Source of the DNA: an uncultured Clostridia bacterium
GTDB taxonomy: Bacteria; Bacillota; Clostridia; TANB77; CAG-508
Assembly (NCBI GenBank): GCA_947626815.1
Contig: CANQTN010000007.1
Span: 7,880 to 71,879 of the forward strand
Direction: 5' to 3'
DNA length: 64,000 bases
Translations under genes and position numbers: made by a program
The notes under the pieces: model-generated
Seen by the model: only the letters and a program-made list of their open reading frames with translations
The model's database searches: none
What the model was told of the DNA's origin: nothing
Shown: positions 59,680 to 64,000 of the stretch, in pieces
How the letters are laid out: each line of letters opens with the position of its first letter
Position numbering within the stretch: position 1 is the first letter of the stretch

Positions 59680-62211
59680 ATGGAAAAAATGATATGTAAA
59701 TTTTATCTAGATAAGGAAAAAGACATAATTGTAAATATATACAAAAAAAATGAAGATGAAGCAACATATATATTAGAAACTCCAAATCATAATACAGGAA
59801 ATTTAATAAGCAATTTAGCAAAACTATGCAATTTAAAAACTATAAAAGACGAAAATGATATGAAAATAATAAAAGGAACAATACCAGCAAGTATTAATGG
59901 AGATAATGAAATTGTATACATATTAAGGTTAGGTGGAATAAAAATTGCAAACATATATGAGAATGGAAAAGTAGAAATAAAAGCTAAAATTCCAGCAATA
60001 ACAAAAACATTAATGTCACAAACAAAAAATTATAATTTACCAATAGAAAAAACAATAGTAAAATCATACATACTAAAGAAATCAAAATTTAGAACAGATT
60101 TACACACACATATGAATGCAATACTTACACCAGATAATTTAATTGCACTAGGAATAAAACATCAAATAAAATATCCATTATATTACATAAAAAAATTAAA
60201 TCTAAAAATGACTGAAAAACAAGAAAATGAAATATTAAAACAAAGAAAAGTAATAGAAGAAAAATTTAAAAATTCAGATTTAACAGGAAAATATTTAACA
60301 AGAAAAATAGATGACAATACATTTATAAACTTTTCAGACTTTATATTAAACAACTTAGAAAATTCGGCATATAACATTTCAAAAATAAGAGCAAGTTTAG
60401 CAATATTAAAAGATGGGCAAGCAGTATTTACAAATCTTGAAAAATTGTATATATATAGATATGTATTTTGCAAAGGAATAGAATCAGAGGAAAAAATAGA
60501 ACTAGACAAAGAAAAAATAGAAAAAATTCCAGAACAAGACATTAAAGAAATACTAAAACTAATGTTAGAAGACAACCAAAAAGAAGAATTAAAGAACATC
60601 AATTTAAGGCAAGATAAACTTTTATGGATTGCAAGAGAATATCAAAAACAAGGAATTAAATATGTTGAAATAACAAACACAGATTTAACAAAAGCCAATG
60701 GACCTGCAATAGATTTAATAGAAGACATACATGCAATTATGCCATACATAGAAAAAGAAACAGAAGTAAAAATTAGATTTTTAGTAGGGCTAAGAAGAGT
60801 TCCATTAACAATAATAAAAGATCAAATAATAGGAGGAAATTACTTAAGGAGCGATTTAGACTTATTAAAAACAGTAGCCAAAAGTCCATATGTTGTTGGA
60901 AGTGACTTTATTGGTGAAGAAATGAATGACATAGAAGATTTAAAACCAGCAATAGAGGAAATAACTCAATATGTAGCAGAAGAAGACAATGACTTTACAA
61001 TAAGAATACATGCAGGAGAAAATGATAGTTTTAGAGAAAATGTAGCAAAATCAATAAAATGTGTAAAAGAATCATTAAAACCTGGGCAAAAAATGCCACA
61101 AGTAAGATTAGGTCATGGACTATACACAGCAAATTTGTCAACAGAAGAAGGTAAAAAATTAATAAAAGAAATAAGAGAAAACAATGTAATACTAGAATTT
61201 CAATTAACATCAAATGTTAGATTAAATAACTTAAGTAATTTACAAATACATCCTTTAAAAACATATTTAAAAAATGGAATTAGATGTGTACAAGGAACAG
61301 ATGGGTGTGGATCTTATGGAGTTGATACAATAGATGAAGAATTGGCACTTTATAATTTATTGAATTTAACAGACAAAGATTTAATGCAAATGAGAGAAGT
61401 AGAAGAAGAAGTAATAAATAAAAGCAATAAATATTTTGAAAAAAAGAAAAAGCAATTTGAAAAATTTTTAAACAATAGGACAATAAGAGAAGCTTTGGAA
61501 GAATTAGAAAAAGAAAATCACGAAAAAAGTAAAAATAATAATAAAGCTATGAGAATAAATAACAATATAGAGGCAGAAGAAATATTAAAAGAAAAAATAA
61601 AACAATTGCCAGAAGACAAAATTCCAATAATAATTGCAGGAGGAAGTTTCAACAAAAAAGGAAAAACAACAAAAGTAACAAGAGAAGGTAGAAAAATATT
61701 AGAAGAATTAATAAAAAGCCTAGATGCGCAAAAAGTATACTTTGTTATAGGTCATAAAATGCAAGGATATGAGAAAGAAATAATAGAAATCAGCCAAAAA
61801 TTAAACAAAAATTTTGAAGTAAATGCAATAATACCAAAAATGATTTCAAAAGAAGAATCTAACAATTTATTAACAGAAAAACTAAATGGAATAACAATTT
61901 CAATTGAAAGTGACGAAATGGGAATTTATAAAAGCTTCAACTATGAAATATTTGAAAGAAGAAAATCAGTAGTAATGGCATTTGATGGAAACTGGCCAGT
62001 TTCAAATTTAATACAAGAGGCTAAAAATGGTAAAGGCAAAGCAAAAATCTATGTAAATGAAGAACAACCAATATTATCAGACAAAGCAAAATCTTTAGGT
62101 GGATATGTAGTTCCATTTAATATGAAACAAAATATAGTTGAAAAAATATTGCAAGATAATCCTGAAATTGTTAGCAAGAATAATAATAGCTACAAAAAAA
62201 TAAAACTATAA
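59680..62211 (+). CDS. Large adenosine/AMP-deaminase-fold (amidohydrolase) protein fused to C-terminal uncharacterised alpha/beta domain
   Basis: Likely start ATG 59680 after RBS AAATGGAGG; the ORF-track start at 59632 is upstream and in frame. Deaminase-like motifs FRTDLHTHMNAIL (HxH), IRIHAGENDS (HAGE), VRLGHGLYT and CVQGTDGCGSYGVD (the TDDP-like Asp). The C-terminal 300 aa (IPIIIAGGSFNKKGK...VYFVIGHK...) are unassigned. Confidence 0.7.
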   Translation: MEKMICKFYLDKEKDIIVNIYKKNEDEATYILETPNHNTGNLISNLAKLCNLKTIKDENDMKIIKGTIPASINGDNEIVYILRLGGIKIANIYENGKVEIKAKIPAITKTLMSQTKNYNLPIEKTIVKSYILKKSKFRTDLHTHMNAILTPDNLIALGIKHQIKYPLYYIKKLNLKMTEKQENEILKQRKVIEEKFKNSDLTGKYLTRKIDDNTFINFSDFILNNLENSAYNISKIRASLAILKDGQAVFTNLEKLYIYRYVFCKGIESEEKIELDKEKIEKIPEQDIKEILKLMLEDNQKEELKNINLRQDKLLWIAREYQKQGIKYVEITNTDLTKANGPAIDLIEDIHAIMPYIEKETEVKIRFLVGLRRVPLTIIKDQIIGGNYLRSDLDLLKTVAKSPYVVGSDFIGEEMNDIEDLKPAIEEITQYVAEEDNDFTIRIHAGENDSFRENVAKSIKCVKESLKPGQKMPQVRLGHGLYTANLSTEEGKKLIKEIRENNVILEFQLTSNVRLNNLSNLQIHPLKTYLKNGIRCVQGTDGCGSYGVDTIDEELALYNLLNLTDKDLMQMREVEEEVINKSNKYFEKKKKQFEKFLNNRTIREALEELEKENHEKSKNNNKAMRINNNIEAEEILKEKIKQLPEDKIPIIIAGGSFNKKGKTTKVTREGRKILEELIKSLDAQKVYFVIGHKMQGYEKEIIEISQKLNKNFEVNAIIPKMISKEESNNLLTEKLNGITISIESDEMGIYKSFNYEIFERRKSVVMAFDGNWPVSNLIQEAKNGKGKAKIYVNEEQPILSDKAKSLGGYVVPFNMKQNIVEKILQDNPEIVSKNNNSYKKIKL

Positions 62212-62261
62212 TTCAAAAATATCAATTTAAGAGTATATAGAATAATTTAATGTAAAGTGTA

Positions 62262-62312
62262 AAAGAAACCTTTTTATGACCTTTTTAGTTTATCATAAAA
62301 GGTTTCTTTTTA
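62262..62312 (+). terminator. Rho-independent terminator after deaminase-fold gene
   Basis: AAAGAAACCTTTTTATGA ... TCATAAAAGGTTTCTTT stem followed by TTTAT. Confidence 0.6.
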
Positions 62313-62445
62313 TTCAAAATATTCTCTATATACTCCAAAAAGAAAATGCTTTTTAAAAAATGCTAAATTCATTTTTTATTTACATATTTTATTGTTTAAA
62401 TTAAATGTCTAAGTGAAACTTTACCCACTTTTCTAAAAAATTTAA

Positions 62446-63852
62446 CTATTGTAACACACCAAATACACCTTGTTCTGTAGTTTGTGTAATTTCTGGTGCT
62501 ATCAAAAATGCCATTCTTCCTCCAATATTTTTTGACATTTCTTCAGAATTAACAGTATTTCTTGTATTTGCTTTTTGCAATTCTAAATCTTTTCCTCTAT
62601 ATACTTGAATCGTTGGTGCTCTATGAAGTTGAAACCCAACAGACACCTTTTCAATTAAATTTGATTGAGAAATTTTAGATTGATTATCTTTTGAAGTTAT
62701 ATCAATATCTCCTAGCCCGTTTCCACTACCAGTAGTATTTTCCGCAATTTTTCCATATCCTTCATAACTCCATTCTCCAACATTTCCAGATAAATCATAA
62801 ATATTATTTACACGATAAGCATCATTACTTCCTGTGTTAGCAATGTTTTCAGTATAATTTCCTTTATTGTTATAGTCTGGGTTTGTTTTATTAATCCAAT
62901 TAATTAAAGTATCCCATTGTTCACCATAAACTAATTGTCTTGATATATCTGAAACATTTACAAGGTAAGTACTTTCTGTTCTAGTGGAACCATCATCATT
63001 TTCTATGCTCTTAGTATCTATTAATTTTCTGTTCATTGCTTCTATCATACCACTTAATTCTGCTCCAGATTTATAATATGGTGTTTTATTTTTTTGTGTC
63101 TCAAGTTTTTCTTCAGTTTCATTATAACTAAGTTCATATCTTCCCACATAAAATCCTTTGTATTTTTCTATATATCCATTAAGAATATTATTATGTTGTA
63201 CCGTCATAACTTTCTGTACTAAACTACTAATATTATTAAAATTTACATTCGATTCATTTTTTATTGGTTGATTTACATTAGCTTTACCCAATTGAGGTAC
63301 AGCTGTTAGATTCATAGACCAATATGCATTTTCTGCTGGTTCTTCTGATATTTTTTCTCCATTCCATGACCTTAATTTAAATTCACTTATGTCTTCTACT
63401 GGTACCCATACAAATTGATTTCCATCGTCATCTTCTATTACTATTCCTTCGTCCACTTTTGGATTGCTTTTATCTGTATATTTTACTGTTCCATCTTTTT
63501 CTGGATCTACTAATTTAAATCCCTTTGGTACTGTTAACTTATTTCCTTCACTATCTTGCATTGTTGTGGTTGATGTTATTTTTTGACCTATATATTTATT
63601 TAGCTTAGGTGCTGTACCATTTTGATATGAATCTACTTCATCTTCAAGGTCTTCTATTAGTTTTTGCTCTTCTTTTACTGCATCATTTGTTTTATTTGCT
63701 GCTGATCTTGCCTTTTCTATTATTCCTTCATTTCCTATAGCAAGGTCTATTGTTATTCCTGCTAATATTAATAACACTATTATTGTTATTACCAAAGCTA
63801 TTAGTGTTATACCATTTTCTTCTTTTCTTTGAATTACTTTTATTATTTGCAT
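62446..63852 (-). CDS. Prepilin-like N-terminus + divergent FGE-sulfatase-fold domain protein
   Basis: MQIIKVIQRKEENGITLIALVITIIVLLILAG. Motifs TVPKGFKLVD, GNQFVWVPVE, KGFYVGRYE, YDLSGNVGEWSYEG and VGFQLHRA. Start ATG with RBS AAATGGAGGAAAAG. Confidence 0.8.
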   Translation of the reverse strand: MQIIKVIQRKEENGITLIALVITIIVLLILAGITIDLAIGNEGIIEKARSAANKTNDAVKEEQKLIEDLEDEVDSYQNGTAPKLNKYIGQKITSTTTMQDSEGNKLTVPKGFKLVDPEKDGTVKYTDKSNPKVDEGIVIEDDDGNQFVWVPVEDISEFKLRSWNGEKISEEPAENAYWSMNLTAVPQLGKANVNQPIKNESNVNFNNISSLVQKVMTVQHNNILNGYIEKYKGFYVGRYELSYNETEEKLETQKNKTPYYKSGAELSGMIEAMNRKLIDTKSIENDDGSTRTESTYLVNVSDISRQLVYGEQWDTLINWINKTNPDYNNKGNYTENIANTGSNDAYRVNNIYDLSGNVGEWSYEGYGKIAENTTGSGNGLGDIDITSKDNQSKISQSNLIEKVSVGFQLHRAPTIQVYRGKDLELQKANTRNTVNSEEMSKNIGGRMAFLIAPEITQTTEQGVFGVLQ

Positions 63853-64000
63853 TTTTCTTTTCCTCCATTTTCTTTGGCTTTTATCATCATTTATAGATTA
63901 TAACAATTTTTTTTAGTTGTAAACCTATATTACATATTTGTAATATAATTGTAATGTTTTTCACTATTTTGTTTATTGAAATAATTTTTTGGCTATACTA

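Noticed and set aside
1-64000. rRNA, tRNA, CRISPR arrays, transposase or integrase genes
   Set aside because: I scanned both strands. I found no rRNA-like conserved blocks, no tRNA-like GC-rich 75-90-nt islands, no repeat-spacer arrays and no transposase, integrase or recombinase ORFs. The repeat elements found are non-coding.

Overview
This window is a strongly AT-rich chromosomal segment of a low-GC Firmicutes-type (Clostridia-like) organism. It carries ordinary housekeeping genes and a heavy load of accessory surface-protein genes and repeats.

Housekeeping genes:
- the cadC-cadA operon (ArsR/CadC-family regulator plus P1B-type metal ATPase)
- a CorA-family Mg2+/Co2+ transporter
- an ABC-F ATPase
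- the transcription accessory protein Tex
- an HtrA-type protease

Accessory content, from start to end:
- 1-1185: a 5' partial thioester-domain (TQXA) adhesin gene.
- 1364-4710: an operon of a CapA-type metallophosphatase with two unknown proteins.
- 4.7-28.5 kb: two tandem, diverged copies of a roughly 12 kb cassette, each encoding a secreted protein of about 1700 aa (DUF11/SdrD-B-like) and a Cys-rich giant Cna-B-repeat protein of 2000-2300 aa. All four giant proteins end in a C-terminal membrane helix, and none has an LPXTG motif. In the first copy the second gene is split by a 1-nt frameshift.
- 31-42.4 kb: a family of TIR-bounded intergenic elements of about 139 bp with four copies, two of which bracket corA. 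A second palindromic repeat family forms nested, Matryoshka-like hairpins of 210-430 bp.
- 42.5-49.9 kb: a dimodular NRPS (C-A-T-C-A-T-R, predicted N-acyl dipeptide aldehyde) whose stop overlaps the start of a multi-TM sensor histidine kinase.
- 40.6-42.3 and 55-63.9 kb: a paralogous family of four proteins with a conserved prepilin-like N-terminus (NGITLIALVITIIVLL). Their C-termini are either GLUG repeats or FGE-sulfatase (C-type-lectin-fold) domains. Two paralogs share a near-identical 5' module of about 270 bp with an out-of-frame leader. Two FGE paralogs end in GC-rich, NNY-codon-rich 3' segments, one of them carrying a frameshift. This fits diversity-generating-retroelement variable regions, though no reverse transcriptase or template repeat lies in the window.
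- 58.4-62.2 kb: an M23 peptidase and an 843-aa adenosine-deaminase-fold protein fused to an unknown alpha/beta domain.

No rRNA, tRNA or CRISPR arrays were seen. The window contains at least four frameshift-type gene disruptions, which could be genuine pseudogenes, phase variation or assembly errors.
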